From the NCBI GenBank assembly GCA_033723415.1, contig JAWVXD010000002.1:32001-96000 (forward strand): DNA of 64,000 bases, in the 5' to 3' direction. The number at the start of each line of letters is the position of its first letter. Position 1 is the stretch's first letter. The stretch is from Sulfurospirillaceae bacterium (GTDB taxonomy: Bacteria; Campylobacterota; Campylobacteria; Campylobacterales; Sulfurospirillaceae). Below, piece by piece: positions 1 to 11,105 of this stretch. The position numbers were made by a program, and so were the translations under genes. The notes beneath the pieces were generated by a model. The model was not told the origin of the DNA, ran no database searches, and was given only the letters and a program-made list of their open reading frames with translations.

Positions 1-142
1 GAGAAGATTTTAAGAGACAAAAATGCGTCTTTTGTCGGATCAATAATACAGGCATCGGTATAGACAAAGCCTTCGTACAGACGGCAGGGACAAGATATTA
101 AAATTCTCAAACGACAATTTAAATCAACACAAAAGGCAGATC

Positions 143-586
143 ATGACTTGTAGAACAGCCGTAAAAGAAGACATCCCTCATCTGTGTAGACTTTTAAACC
201 AACTTTTCGAACAAGAAGCGGAGTTTGAACCGAATACTAAAGATCAAGCCTATGCCTTGAGTGAGATCATCAAAGATAAAAGAATCGGAGAAGTCTTTGT
301 TGTCCTGATAAACGATAAGATCGTCGGCATGGTCAATATCTTGTATACGATCTCGACCGCCCTTGGAGCAAAAGTCGCTATGCTTGAAGATATGATCGTT
401 GACAAGAATTATCGAGGAGAAGACCTTGGCTCGTTTCTTTTAGACTATACGCTCAAAAAAATCAAAGCCGATGGATGCAAAAGAGTCACGTTGCTGACTG
501 ATGGCGACAATGCAAAAGCGCACAGATTTTATGAAAACAGCGGATTTGCAAGATCCGGTATGATTCCCTTTAGAATACTTTTGTAA
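143..586 (+). CDS. GNAT family N-acetyltransferase
   Basis: Motif A-like 'MIVDKNYRGEDLGSFLL' and 'NAKAHRFYENSGF'; AAAAGG RBS upstream. Confidence 0.9.
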   Translation: MTCRTAVKEDIPHLCRLLNQLFEQEAEFEPNTKDQAYALSEIIKDKRIGEVFVVLINDKIVGMVNILYTISTALGAKVAMLEDMIVDKNYRGEDLGSFLLDYTLKKIKADGCKRVTLLTDGDNAKAHRFYENSGFARSGMIPFRILL

Positions 587-651
587 TCAACTCCTGACAA
601 ATCTCAGATCATATTATGTTATACTTTTTAGATATATAAAAAGAGGGCAAT

Positions 652-1848
652 ATGAAACTTATAAAACTTGGGGCAATAACGCTGGTGATTTTAGGTCTTA
701 GCGGAAACGTATCGGCAGCTCAAACACTTGAGAGCGCTTTTAAAGATGGAAAGATAGACGGCACACTCAAAGCTTTTTATTTCAACAGAAACAATCAAAA
801 TACTCCTTCAAATATAACAGATCTTGGAATTGTCTTAAATTATATAACGGCTAGCTATAAAGGATTCAATGCCGGATTTAGTGCTGAAGGTGCCAGTACA
901 CAGAATATCAATGAAAATGGCAAAACTGCATTTAACGATGATATGTACGGCACAGGCGCCGTTTTATCACAAGCCTACGTCAAATATACCATAAGTGATG
1001 CATACTTTAAGGTCGGACGACAATACATAGACACGCCGCTTGTTGCAAATGACGACTCAAGAATCGTAAAAGATTCATTTGAAGGTTTTGTCGCAAGTTA
1101 TTCCGGTATTAAAAATACGATACTGACTGCAGTATATATCAGTAAATTTCAAGACAGAAGCAATAAAAACGGTAGTATCGGGACTTTTGAAAATATAAGT
1201 AACGCAAGTAGCAATGATGGAGCATGGAGCGTTGCCCTTACATCAGCTATAGATAAATTTGAGCTTACTGCGGCTTATCTGCAAGTTATACAAAATATTG
1301 GAGATATAAGTGCACTTTATGCAGAAGGAATCTACCATACAAAATACGATACTTCCATCATTGATGTTGCCGTTCAATATTTTCAAGGAAAAGATAAAAG
1401 CGATACTACCGGCTCAAATGACGGCAACACTTATGCTTTCCAGATATCAAGTTCTTTTGACAAACTCTCAGCATATATAGCCTACAGCCATAACAGTAAA
1501 GATAAAGCTACTTTTGCCGGTATCGGCAACGGATCCGGGCCTTTGTATACTGCCGCACCTATCGCTGAAGCAAATTTTGATGCCAATTACCAAATAACTG
1601 TTCTAAATCTTGAATATGCCCTCTCAAATGAACTCAGTGCTTATCTGTTTTATTCACACGATCATTTAAGAGCAACAGATACCATAACAACTAGCAGCTA
1701 TGATATATACAGCATAGGGGCTTCTTATGCTTTTCCTCGGACTTTAAAAGGATTGAATACAACCTTACAATATGAGATAAAAGACTATAAATTTTCCGAA
1801 ATCTCAAATGATAAAGAGTTTAGAGTGAAAATAAAATATAACTTTTAG
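652..1848 (+). CDS. Outer membrane porin (OprD/Campylobacter MOMP-like)
   Basis: Signal peptide, 'LESAFKDGKIDG', 'KVGRQYIDTPL', C-terminal 'KIKYNF' beta-barrel signature. Confidence 0.85.
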   Translation: MKLIKLGAITLVILGLSGNVSAAQTLESAFKDGKIDGTLKAFYFNRNNQNTPSNITDLGIVLNYITASYKGFNAGFSAEGASTQNINENGKTAFNDDMYGTGAVLSQAYVKYTISDAYFKVGRQYIDTPLVANDDSRIVKDSFEGFVASYSGIKNTILTAVYISKFQDRSNKNGSIGTFENISNASSNDGAWSVALTSAIDKFELTAAYLQVIQNIGDISALYAEGIYHTKYDTSIIDVAVQYFQGKDKSDTTGSNDGNTYAFQISSSFDKLSAYIAYSHNSKDKATFAGIGNGSGPLYTAAPIAEANFDANYQITVLNLEYALSNELSAYLFYSHDHLRATDTITTSSYDIYSIGASYAFPRTLKGLNTTLQYEIKDYKFSEISNDKEFRVKIKYNF

Positions 1849-1857
1849 ATTACCGAT

Positions 1858-3243
1858 TTACTCTATTCGTATAGCATTTCTATTAGATATAAATCTTAAC
1901 CAGATATATCCGAAAGTCCCGGCTAATATGGATGCTGTGAGTATGGCTGCTTTTGATTGGACCAAAAGTTCCGGATTGCTTAGATACGCTAGATCAGCTA
2001 CAAATATACTCATTGTAAATCCTATTCCACCCAAAAATGAAACGCCAAAAAGCTGAGTCATCGTGGTTTTTTCAGGTAATTTTGCCACACCTAACTTGAT
2101 AGCAAGCCATGATACTCCAAAAATACCGATAACCTTGCCTGCGACCAAGCCTAATATAACTCCTAAGCTGACCGGTTTTAACAGAAGTGTGCCGATAGAT
2201 GAAAAGTCTATAGGAATACCGGCATTTATAAGTGCGAACAGAGGTATTATCAAAAGTCCTATAGGAAGATGCAGTGCATTCTCATATCTACCCAAGGGAG
2301 CTTCTATACCTATGATCTTGTTTCTCATATCTCTAACGATCACTTTTTGTTCATCTTTTAGTATAAAATTATCTTTTATCGGATATTTGCCAAAATCATC
2401 TAGTAGATGTTTCATAGGCGTAGAAAATGATCTGGGATTAAATTTCGGCAGTGACGGTATTGTCATCGCGACTAAAACACCGGCAATTGTTGCGTGAACT
2501 CCGGACTCTAACGTAAAAAGCCATATAAATACACCAACCAATCCGTATGGAAAAACCGATCTCATGCCAAACCTATTAAAAACGATGAGCACCATAAAAA
2601 GCCCTATAGCTATAGAAAGAGCTATAAAATTAATATGCTCTGTATAGAAAATGGCTATGACACTCACGGCACCCAGATCATCTACTATAGCTAATGCCAC
2701 AAGAAAAGTAACAAGTTGCGGTGAAACTCTTTTACCTAGCAAAACGATGACACTAACGGCAAATGCAATATCTGTAGCCATAGGAATTCCCCAGCCGTTG
2801 CTTCCTGCATGTCCATTGGTCACGATTTTAAATATCAAAGCCGGGACGATCATCCCTCCGATCGCAGCAAGTATCGGTAATATGGAAACTTTTATATCCG
2901 ATAATTCTCCAACGAGTATCTCTCTTTTTATCTCAAGTCCGACTAAAAAAAAGAACAGAGTCATAAGCCCGTCATTTACCCAAAAATGAATATCACGATC
3001 TAATACGAAAGATCCGACACTGATAGATATATGAGTGTGCAGAATATGCTTATAAAAATCCCCTAAAGGAGAATTTATCCAGATTAATGCCACAAGCGTC
3101 ATAACCATCAATATAATACCACTGGACATTTGAGCATGTAAAAAAGCCTCAAAAGGAGAATGTATCTTTCTCCTAAAAAATTTCTCCCACGGATTGTATA
3201 TTCTATTTTGATGACTGCTCATATCTTTCATATCCTCTATCAA
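1858..3243 (-). CDS. nhaA: Na+/H+ antiporter NhaA
   Basis: 'WVNDGLMTLFFFLVGLEIKRE', 'GWGIPMATDIAFA', 'ALAIVDDLGA', 'GIGFTMSIF'; exact start uncertain. Confidence 0.95.
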   Translation of the reverse strand: MIEDMKDMSSHQNRIYNPWEKFFRRKIHSPFEAFLHAQMSSGIILMVMTLVALIWINSPLGDFYKHILHTHISISVGSFVLDRDIHFWVNDGLMTLFFFLVGLEIKREILVGELSDIKVSILPILAAIGGMIVPALIFKIVTNGHAGSNGWGIPMATDIAFAVSVIVLLGKRVSPQLVTFLVALAIVDDLGAVSVIAIFYTEHINFIALSIAIGLFMVLIVFNRFGMRSVFPYGLVGVFIWLFTLESGVHATIAGVLVAMTIPSLPKFNPRSFSTPMKHLLDDFGKYPIKDNFILKDEQKVIVRDMRNKIIGIEAPLGRYENALHLPIGLLIIPLFALINAGIPIDFSSIGTLLLKPVSLGVILGLVAGKVIGIFGVSWLAIKLGVAKLPEKTTMTQLFGVSFLGGIGFTMSIFVADLAYLSNPELLVQSKAAILTASILAGTFGYIWLRFISNRNAIRIE

Positions 3244-3296
3244 GTATTATTTTATGTACATTCTATCGTTTAAATGTAAATATCGCCAAAAGAGTA

Positions 3297-4694
3297 CTAA
3301 CACACTACCATATTGACGGCAAGTCCTCCTTGTGAAGTCTCTTTGTATTTGTTCATCATGTCTTTGCCTGTTTCAAACATGGTTTTGATGACGTTATCCA
3401 ATGAAATAAAATGCTTTCCATCACCGTTTAGCGCCATCCTTGCTGCGTTTATTGCCTTGATAGAAGCCATCGCATTTCTCTCTATGCATGGAACTTGAAC
3501 CAATCCGCCAACCGGATCGCAAGTCAATCCAAGATTATGTTCCATCCCTATCTCTGCAGCATTTTCTACCTGTTCTACGCTTCCGCCCATGGCCTCCGCC
3601 AATGCACCTGCAGCCATAGAACAAGCCACCCCCACTTCACCTTGACAGCCGACATCTGCACCGCTTATGGAAGCATTTTTTTTGTACAAGATCCCGATTG
3701 CACCTGCTGTGAGTAAAAAATCTACGATCTTTTGCTCATCATACTCTCGAAACGAACTGCCAAGGAACCGATTCATATAATGCATAACAGAGGGGATGAT
3801 ACCAGCTGCTCCGTTGGTAGGAGCCGTCACGACGATACCGCCGCACGCATTTTCTTCATTGACAGCTAGTGCCCACAAATCCACCCAATCCAATACTTCA
3901 AGCGGATCGACCATAGAAAAACTGGATCTTTTGGATAATTTTTCATAGATGACGTTTGCTCTTCTTTTTATCCCTGTTTTGGGGAGGCATCCTGTGTTTT
4001 GACAGCCATTTTCAACGCAGTTTTTCATAACTTTCCAGATATTTATCAACGCTTTTTTCACTTCTGCTTCGCTTTTGAGATGCTTTTCATTTTCCATCAT
4101 CAAAGCACTGATACTGAGATCATTTGTTTTACACATCTCCAATAGCTCTTTGGAGCTTTTAAATTCATACGGAAAATGCGAGCTCATTTTCTCTTTTTTA
4201 TTCAAACATTTTTCATCCAGTACTTCACCGCCACCGATAGAGTAGTAAGTTTTTTCGAAGATGCAGATTTTTTGTTTATCATACATATATAATCTCACTG
4301 CATTTGGGTGAAATTCCAAGAACTCATCGAAGTTGAAGATCAAATCCTCATTAAAATCAAAACCGATCTTCTTGATATCCAGTAGATTGATCTTACTGCT
4401 TTTTTTCACGCTCTCAAATGTCTTTTCTGCCTTAGCAGCACTGATGTTGTGCGGCTTATATCCACAAAGCCCTAAGATTATGGCTTTATCGCTTCCATGA
4501 CCTCTACCTGTTGCCGCCAGTGAGCCGAAAAATTCTATTTTGATAGTATGACACTGTTGTAAAAACCCTAGCCTTTTTGATTGAGCGGCAAAATCTCTGC
4601 CTATTTTCATAGGACCGACCGTATGAGAACTAGAAGGACCTATGCCTATCTTAAACACTTCCAACACAGAATAATTCATATTTTCTGCCTTCAT
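3297..4694 (-). CDS. sdaA: L-serine ammonia-lyase, Fe-S dependent, single chain
   Basis: '[15 protein letters not shown]', 'TAPTNGAAG', 'GCQGEVG', '[18 protein letters not shown]'. Confidence 0.95.
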   Translation of the reverse strand: MKAENMNYSVLEVFKIGIGPSSSHTVGPMKIGRDFAAQSKRLGFLQQCHTIKIEFFGSLAATGRGHGSDKAIILGLCGYKPHNISAAKAEKTFESVKKSSKINLLDIKKIGFDFNEDLIFNFDEFLEFHPNAVRLYMYDKQKICIFEKTYYSIGGGEVLDEKCLNKKEKMSSHFPYEFKSSKELLEMCKTNDLSISALMMENEKHLKSEAEVKKALINIWKVMKNCVENGCQNTGCLPKTGIKRRANVIYEKLSKRSSFSMVDPLEVLDWVDLWALAVNEENACGGIVVTAPTNGAAGIIPSVMHYMNRFLGSSFREYDEQKIVDFLLTAGAIGILYKKNASISGADVGCQGEVGVACSMAAGALAEAMGGSVEQVENAAEIGMEHNLGLTCDPVGGLVQVPCIERNAMASIKAINAARMALNGDGKHFISLDNVIKTMFETGKDMMNKYKETSQGGLAVNMVVC

Positions 4695-4810
4695 AATTTT
4701 GATGCTAAGATATTGTAACTCTTATAACCTTATCTTTCGTATCAATAACACCGTAGTAAAATAAAAAGATACAAAAGTGTAACTATGACAATACTAAGTA
4801 AATGAATATC

Positions 4811-5104
4811 TTAAATTTTTTTACTTAGTATTTCTTTGCGCCTTTTTGTATAATCCCACCAAACACGCGCTACTCCGGTGTTCATAAAATCAGTGATCGA
4901 CATGAAAACATCGAGGACACAAGGATCATGTCTCACGCCGCTTTTTTCACATAGCATTTCATAGAGTTCAAACGGGTCTTTCCCTTTTAATTGCTGTGGA
5001 TCTTCAATCCCGACAAGCCGTAAATCAGCCGCCAATAAGGGACCGACATTTGGAAGATCGGTTAGTTTTTTGACATTGTCTTTGTTGACTTTAGCGGGAT
5101 TCAT
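4811..5104 (-). CDS. Small helix-hairpin-helix protein (Cdd1/mitomycin-resistance-like)
   Basis: 'LTDLPNVG', 'DPFELYEMLC', 'HDPCVLDVF', 'WWDYT' match this family as I recall it. Confidence 0.8.
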   Translation of the reverse strand: MNPAKVNKDNVKKLTDLPNVGPLLAADLRLVGIEDPQQLKGKDPFELYEMLCEKSGVRHDPCVLDVFMSITDFMNTGVARVWWDYTKRRKEILSKKI

Positions 5105-5513
5105 TGCTTAACTTTGAAAAATATTGTCGTGTCATGACAAAGAAGATCAGAAATATGATCCCATAAAATATAGTATTGTAAATGATCGCGATGGTATTGG
5201 GACTATTTAGTAGATGAACGCTCCACACGTAGATGACAAGGATAGTAAAAATCAAGATTGAGCGTTTTGAACAACTTTTAGGATTCTGGGCGATCATATT
5301 TTTATCAATATAGGAGAGTGAATACTTCATCCCAAGTAAGAAAAACCCGACATTGATCACATCTCTAAGAAGTGTCAATGCACCGCTGTTAAAAGTATTG
5401 CCCAAGTATTTCCACACAAAATATCCTATCATCAAACCAAAAAACGGAAATATTACAGCTGTTGTCATGATGTGAAAAGTGACGATACCAAGCGTTGATT
5501 TTTCTTTTTTCAT
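5091..5513 (-). CDS. Hypothetical membrane protein (about 4 TM)
   Basis: 140-aa hydrophobic ORF overlapping the next gene by 14 bp. Confidence 0.65.
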   Translation of the reverse strand: MKKEKSTLGIVTFHIMTTAVIFPFFGLMIGYFVWKYLGNTFNSGALTLLRDVINVGFFLLGMKYSLSYIDKNMIAQNPKSCSKRSILIFTILVIYVWSVHLLNSPNTIAIIYNTIFYGIIFLIFFVMTRQYFSKLSNESR

Positions 5514-5653
5514 TGTGGCTCTTTTTGGATATATTTTGAGATATTATATCGCAAAACAGGACGACTTTTCGACACTGCTTATAAAGCATACTACTTCATT
5601 CTCTCTAAAAATGGTAAAATTTCTCTAATCAATACATCTTGGAGAATCGGCAT

Positions 5654-7060
5654 ATGGGACAACCTTATCATTACACTTTGGGTGTAAAAACCTATACTTT
5701 TAAAAATCTGGCAGATTTGATGGCAAAAGCTACACCAAAACGATCCGGCGATCTGCTCGCAGGAGTGGCGGCTTTGTCCTCACAAGAACGCGTAGTGGCA
5801 CAGATGTGTCTTGCCGAAGTGCCGCTCAAAACGTTTCTCAACGAAGCCTTGATACCATATGAAGAAGACGAAATCACGCGGTTGATCCTAGATGAACATG
5901 ACACAGAAGCATTTGCAAGAATATCGCATCTAACTGTCGGAGATTTCCGCAACTGGCTTTTGAGCGATGATGTCACGAGCGAGACACTAAAAGAAGTACG
6001 TGATGGCATCACCCCCGAGATGGCAGCGGCGGTGAGCAAGATCATGCGAAATCAAGACCTCATCATGGTAGCCAAAAAGTGCCACGTCACCACCGCTTTC
6101 AGAAACACGATCGGGCTACAAAATCGCCTCTCTACAAGACTCCAACCAAATCATCCCACAGACGATGCTATGGGAATCGCAGCATCCATACTCGATGGTT
6201 TGCTATATGGCAACGGGGACGCGGTTATCGGTATCAATCCCGCAACAGACAGCGTTGAACAGGCGATAAAACTGCTAAAACTCACCGATGAACTCATCCA
6301 AAAATATGAGATTCCGACACAATCTTGCGTACTAACACATGTCACTAACACGATTGAAGCGATACAAAAGGGTGCACCGGTTGATCTGGTTTTCCAGTCG
6401 ATAGGAGGAAGTGAAGCGACTAACACTAGTTTTGGCGTCAATTTAAATATCCTCAAAGAAGCACAAGATGCAGCACTTAGTTTGAACCGAGGCACTGTGG
6501 GGGAAAATGTCATGTACTTTGAAACGGGTCAAGGAAGTGCGCTCTCAGCCAATGCAAATTTTGGCTTGGATCAGCAAACTTGTGAAGCCAGAGCTTACGC
6601 CGTAGCCAAAAAATTTGATCCACTTCTCGTCAATACGGTTGTGGGTTTCATAGGACCTGAATACCTTTATGACGGCAAAGAGATCACGCGAGCCGGACTG
6701 GAAGATCATTTCTGTGCCAAATTGCTCGGGCTTCCGATGGGATGTGACATATGTTATACAAATCACTCCGAAGCCGATCAAAACGACATGGACAATCTTC
6801 TTACTTTACTCGGCGTCGCCGGATGTACCTTTATCATGGGTATCCCTGGATCTGATGATATCATGTTAAACTATCAAACGACTTCGTTTCATGACGCGCT
6901 CTATGCAAGACGCGTTTTGGGTCTGAACCCTGCACCTGAGTTTGCCGCATGGCTTGAGAAGATGGAGATATTTAAAGATATGGATAAATTTGTCTTAAAT
7001 GACAAAATGCCAAAAAGTTTTTCAAAAGCACTCTCAATCACAACAGGAAATCAGTCATGA
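5654..7060 (+). CDS. eutB: Ethanolamine ammonia-lyase large subunit
   Basis: 'RSGDLLAG', 'RLQPNHPTDD', 'YFETGQGS', 'MGCDICYTNH'; start placed at ATG 5654 behind GGAG at 5641. Confidence 0.95.
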   Translation: MGQPYHYTLGVKTYTFKNLADLMAKATPKRSGDLLAGVAALSSQERVVAQMCLAEVPLKTFLNEALIPYEEDEITRLILDEHDTEAFARISHLTVGDFRNWLLSDDVTSETLKEVRDGITPEMAAAVSKIMRNQDLIMVAKKCHVTTAFRNTIGLQNRLSTRLQPNHPTDDAMGIAASILDGLLYGNGDAVIGINPATDSVEQAIKLLKLTDELIQKYEIPTQSCVLTHVTNTIEAIQKGAPVDLVFQSIGGSEATNTSFGVNLNILKEAQDAALSLNRGTVGENVMYFETGQGSALSANANFGLDQQTCEARAYAVAKKFDPLLVNTVVGFIGPEYLYDGKEITRAGLEDHFCAKLLGLPMGCDICYTNHSEADQNDMDNLLTLLGVAGCTFIMGIPGSDDIMLNYQTTSFHDALYARRVLGLNPAPEFAAWLEKMEIFKDMDKFVLNDKMPKSFSKALSITTGNQS

Positions 7061-7881
7061 ACGATATACAAAAAACACAAACAAACCAGAATATAATCGA
7101 AAACCCATGGGCTGAGTTGCGAAAATACACTGACGCTAGGATCGGACTTGGCAGAGCCGGAGTCAGCATACCTACTTCTCATATGTTGGATTTTACACTA
7201 GCTCACGCAAAAGCTCAAGATGCAGTTCATGAGCCACTTGATGTGCAAGAGATCGTGACACAATTGCAAGGAGATGATCTTGCAGCTCCTTTACTGTTGC
7301 ATTCACAAGCCATTGATCGAGATACATACCTCAAGCGTCCAGATCTGGGTCGCAGACTCGACGTGCTATCTTGTGAAAAATTACAAGAATTTCAAAAGCA
7401 TCATGATGATTCCTATGACCTCAGCATCGTCATCGCCGATGGCTTGTCATCTATCGCTATCAAAAATCATGCAGCCAATTTTATAAAACTCCTCAAATCC
7501 GCTCTTGCAAAAGATTCACAAGATTGGAAACTCGCCCCTCTTATGATCGTACAACAAGGACGCGTAGCCATAGCAGATGAGATCGGAGCGATTTTAGGCG
7601 CACGAACAACACTGATCTTGATTGGGGAGAGACCGGGGCTTAGCTCACCTGACAGCTTGGGACTTTATCTGACCTGGAATCCAAAAGTCGGCACCACGGA
7701 TGCAGGAAGAAACTGTATATCAAATGTGAGACATGAGGGATTGAGTTATGAAAAAGCAGTACAAAAAGCGATGTATTTGCTCAAAGAATCCAGAAGATTA
7801 CAACTCTCGGGAGTCAATCTCAAAGATCGAACTTTTGAGAATGTTTTAGATGAAACCACCCATCAGGATAAACTCACTTAA
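7057..7881 (+). CDS. eutC: Ethanolamine ammonia-lyase small subunit
   Basis: 'TDARIGLGRAG', 'YLKRPDLGRRL', 'IGERPGLSSPDSLG', 'RNCISN'; ATGA overlap with eutB. Confidence 0.95.
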   Translation: MNDIQKTQTNQNIIENPWAELRKYTDARIGLGRAGVSIPTSHMLDFTLAHAKAQDAVHEPLDVQEIVTQLQGDDLAAPLLLHSQAIDRDTYLKRPDLGRRLDVLSCEKLQEFQKHHDDSYDLSIVIADGLSSIAIKNHAANFIKLLKSALAKDSQDWKLAPLMIVQQGRVAIADEIGAILGARTTLILIGERPGLSSPDSLGLYLTWNPKVGTTDAGRNCISNVRHEGLSYEKAVQKAMYLLKESRRLQLSGVNLKDRTFENVLDETTHQDKLT

Positions 7882-10864
7882 CCACCAACTCCAAACCTTT
7901 TGAAGTGGTGACAAAGCCTTCTATGATGATCTCTTTGTCATGTACCATTTTGTGATGCAGTTTGCAAAGCGGGATTAGATTGTAGCGGTGATTTTGGTTG
8001 ATGTGTTCGATTCGTCCAAGTTCGTCTGAATTTTTTTGCTCTTTGATGTGATGCACGTCATCTGCTTTTTCACCACAGATGGCACAAGTCGAGAGATAGA
8101 GCTCTTTATTGTAAGTGCTAGTTTTTTTCTGTTTGAGTCGCTCGATAGGCGCATACTCATCACTAAGCCTTTTCCTTATATCATTTGCTATTTTTAAAAA
8201 ATCTCCGTCCATATGTAGTGATTTTGCAAACTCCAAACCGTATTGCGAGCTTCCGCTACCTGATTTTAATTTTCTATCAAAGATCAACTTGTCTTCATCA
8301 TTATTGTATAGGACGCTTAGATGAAGTGATATGACATTGTTAAGTTCAGATATTTCTTTTAGGGATGGGAGTTGATGCAGATGTGTGGCAAATAAAAACA
8401 AAGATTCCAATTTGGCAAGTTTCAGTATCGCACTTGCTACTATGCTCACTCCACTCAATGTCTCGGTAGAGTGACTTATCTCATCTCCTAAGATCAGTGA
8501 TTTTTTAGAAGCACGATTAAATATATTTTTGAGTTCCAACATCTCAACGGCAAAAGAGGAAAGCCCTTTGGCTATATTGTCCGCTCCGGAGATTCTGGTA
8601 AATATGTTATCAAAAAGTATAAATCTCATAGACTTTGCAGGCACGTAAAATCCGGCTTGGGCAAGTATCACACATATACCTATAGCTTTCATTAGAGAGC
8701 TTTTGCCTGAGCTATTTATACCGTAAAGCAAGATGCCATGAGCTTTATCATCACTGTTTTTCAATATCACATTGTCATCATCTATCGCTTTTGCAAAACT
8801 CAGATCTCCCATGATGATGTCATTTGGGACAAAAATACCTCGCTCTTCATTTGCTTCGATAATAGGATGTCTAAGTTCGCATACCTCTATAAAATTTATA
8901 TCGTTTTCTTCTTTTTGGATTATGTGAGGTTGGACATATCCGTGTTTTTTTGAAGTTTTTATATTTGACACACTTACGTCTATCTCGGAGATGAAAAGCA
9001 CTAACTCCTCTAAAAGGACAGCAAACTTTTTCTCAAACTCCATCACCTTTTCTTTGAAAAGTGCCTTATTTAGCTCTACTATCTTTTTTGTATTATGAAC
9101 GAATTTGTCCGAGATCTCATTTATCAATGTGTTAGTGATCTTAACATTGGTTGTTTGTATTTTGATTGAGAAGTCTTTAAAAAGATAAAGTTGATCATCT
9201 ACTATGAGATGTGATTTCAGAAGTTCATCTTTCACGCTCATGTATCTGCTTTTTGTAAGTCCTATATAAAATCCCTCTTTATCAAGGCGATTTATCGTAA
9301 CAAAATTTTCATTTGAGTTGCCTAGCACTTCTAGTATATGTTTTCGAAAGATATCTATCTTATCTCTCAGGGCTTTATTTTCTGCTAAAAGCTTATCTAT
9401 CTTTGGATTGATCCCCTCTTGTATCATATTTTCATCAACATCTTTGAGCATAAATCTTCCACTCACGTTTAGATCGAAAGTTGCATCAATCGCTTTGATA
9501 AAGAGCGTCAGCTCATCAGAACTGCAAGGTGGTGTAAAGAAATGATAATTTTCCATGAATTTTACGACTTCTCTCACAGATATAAGCGAGTCATACAAAT
9601 AATTTAATTCAAAGGGATGCAAACGTGTAAGTTTTATACGACGAGTCAATCTCTCGATATCATAAATATTTCCAAGTTCATTCTCTATAGCCCCATGATA
9701 ATCATACAATTCTCTAGAGAGTTTATATCTGCGGTTGATCTCTTTTGCATCTTTTATCGGATGAGTTAGTCTCTCTTTTAGAAGTCTCTTTCCCATAGCG
9801 GTCGATGTTGCATTTATCAGTTTGAAAAGAGACGGATTATGCGGTGTTTCGATGATATTTAGCTGTTCTAGTGCATTATTCCCAAGATATACATAACGGC
9901 TTATATCCAACCTGATCGGATGTGAAAGTTTTTGTATAATATTTGGATCATGTCCTATTACAAAGTCTATGAGAATCGCTAGTGATTCACTTGCGAGCGG
10001 ACTAAGTTCCAGATCAAGATGTTCTATAGGCGAGAGTAGAGTCTCAATCCTAAATACACTCCGAAAAAGCTCATTTTGATAAGAGATCTTTGGATGAAAA
10101 GAACCGATGTGAAAAGTTTTGGAACTTAGTTCAAGATACTCTATGACCTCTTGTTGTTTTATAGACTTATCGGCAAATGTTACGACAACTTCAGAGGTTT
10201 TATGCATATGCATATAGTTAAAAATTTCGTCAAGAGCAAAACCGCCGTCTTCTTTCGTTCCGTAGACTTCATTGTAGTAACATTTCCCTGTTGTGACATC
10301 AATAGCACTGTAACCTATGTGAAAATTGTTGTCGTTGTATCTGTCTATGACCAAAGATGTTACATTGTTCTCATCTTGATCTACTACAAAATCAAAATTT
10401 GTACCTGGACTTATGATGGCATCAAGATAACGACTGACTTTTGGAGGGATTCCTTTTTGTCTTATGATGACTATCGTATATCTTTGTTCAGCGATTATAC
10501 GACTGAGATGTTTTTCAAAAGATACAGCAGGAACTCCAGCCATCAGAGGGTTATCTTTGGAATTTTCAATTATAGATTTGTTTTTTCTTGTCAGTTGGAT
10601 ATTTAAAAGTTCTGCTATTTCTTTGGCTTTTCCTATACGCAGCTTTTCGTTGTTGACTTCATACGTCTCAAAAAAAGTTCCTACTTCCATCAAGACAACG
10701 ACATCTTTTCCATACTTTTGCTCAAAGAGTTTTTGAATATCAAAATATGCTACTGTGAGGAGTTTTGACTTGTCTGTTAATATCTCTGTTATTTCTGTAT
10801 TTATCATGGGAGTTATTTTATCAAAAATTCGCTTGGAGTTTGACTTGTCCTTTCGATTTATCAC
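7874..10864 (-). CDS. MutS-family ATPase with C-terminal HNH endonuclease (MutS7-like); true start may be the ATG near 10808
   Basis: Mismatch-binding 'MEVGTFFETY', Walker A 'GINSSGKS', 'SSFAVEM', 'LGDEI', 'FATHLH', C-terminal 'CAICG..DVHHI..NLIPLCKLHHKMVH'. Confidence 0.9.
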   Translation of the reverse strand: MINRKDKSNSKRIFDKITPMINTEITEILTDKSKLLTVAYFDIQKLFEQKYGKDVVVLMEVGTFFETYEVNNEKLRIGKAKEIAELLNIQLTRKNKSIIENSKDNPLMAGVPAVSFEKHLSRIIAEQRYTIVIIRQKGIPPKVSRYLDAIISPGTNFDFVVDQDENNVTSLVIDRYNDNNFHIGYSAIDVTTGKCYYNEVYGTKEDGGFALDEIFNYMHMHKTSEVVVTFADKSIKQQEVIEYLELSSKTFHIGSFHPKISYQNELFRSVFRIETLLSPIEHLDLELSPLASESLAILIDFVIGHDPNIIQKLSHPIRLDISRYVYLGNNALEQLNIIETPHNPSLFKLINATSTAMGKRLLKERLTHPIKDAKEINRRYKLSRELYDYHGAIENELGNIYDIERLTRRIKLTRLHPFELNYLYDSLISVREVVKFMENYHFFTPPCSSDELTLFIKAIDATFDLNVSGRFMLKDVDENMIQEGINPKIDKLLAENKALRDKIDIFRKHILEVLGNSNENFVTINRLDKEGFYIGLTKSRYMSVKDELLKSHLIVDDQLYLFKDFSIKIQTTNVKITNTLINEISDKFVHNTKKIVELNKALFKEKVMEFEKKFAVLLEELVLFISEIDVSVSNIKTSKKHGYVQPHIIQKEENDINFIEVCELRHPIIEANEERGIFVPNDIIMGDLSFAKAIDDDNVILKNSDDKAHGILLYGINSSGKSSLMKAIGICVILAQAGFYVPAKSMRFILFDNIFTRISGADNIAKGLSSFAVEMLELKNIFNRASKKSLILGDEISHSTETLSGVSIVASAILKLAKLESLFLFATHLHQLPSLKEISELNNVISLHLSVLYNNDEDKLIFDRKLKSGSGSSQYGLEFAKSLHMDGDFLKIANDIRKRLSDEYAPIERLKQKKTSTYNKELYLSTCAICGEKADDVHHIKEQKNSDELGRIEHINQNHRYNLIPLCKLHHKMVHDKEIIIEGFVTTSKGLELVVK

Positions 10865-11105
10865 AACTATTTCTCAAAGTAAGACATAATTTCCTATACG
10901 AACTTACAAATCCTAATCTAACGATGATGAAAGGATGTATATAATCAATTATAGAAGATATTAGATGAGTAAAGATATTCCTTCTGGTTACAAAATATAA
11001 TGATTTACAATCTAAATGATGATATTTTTAACTCAAATTAATATAAATTGAAGAAAGGATATAAAGTGTGTTATAATGGATTGCACTCTATTATAAAGGT
11101 ATGCT

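Noticed and set aside
1..101. 3' end of an upstream gene
   Set aside because: Two + frames are open (stops at 61-63 and 99-101) and neither short peptide is recognisable.
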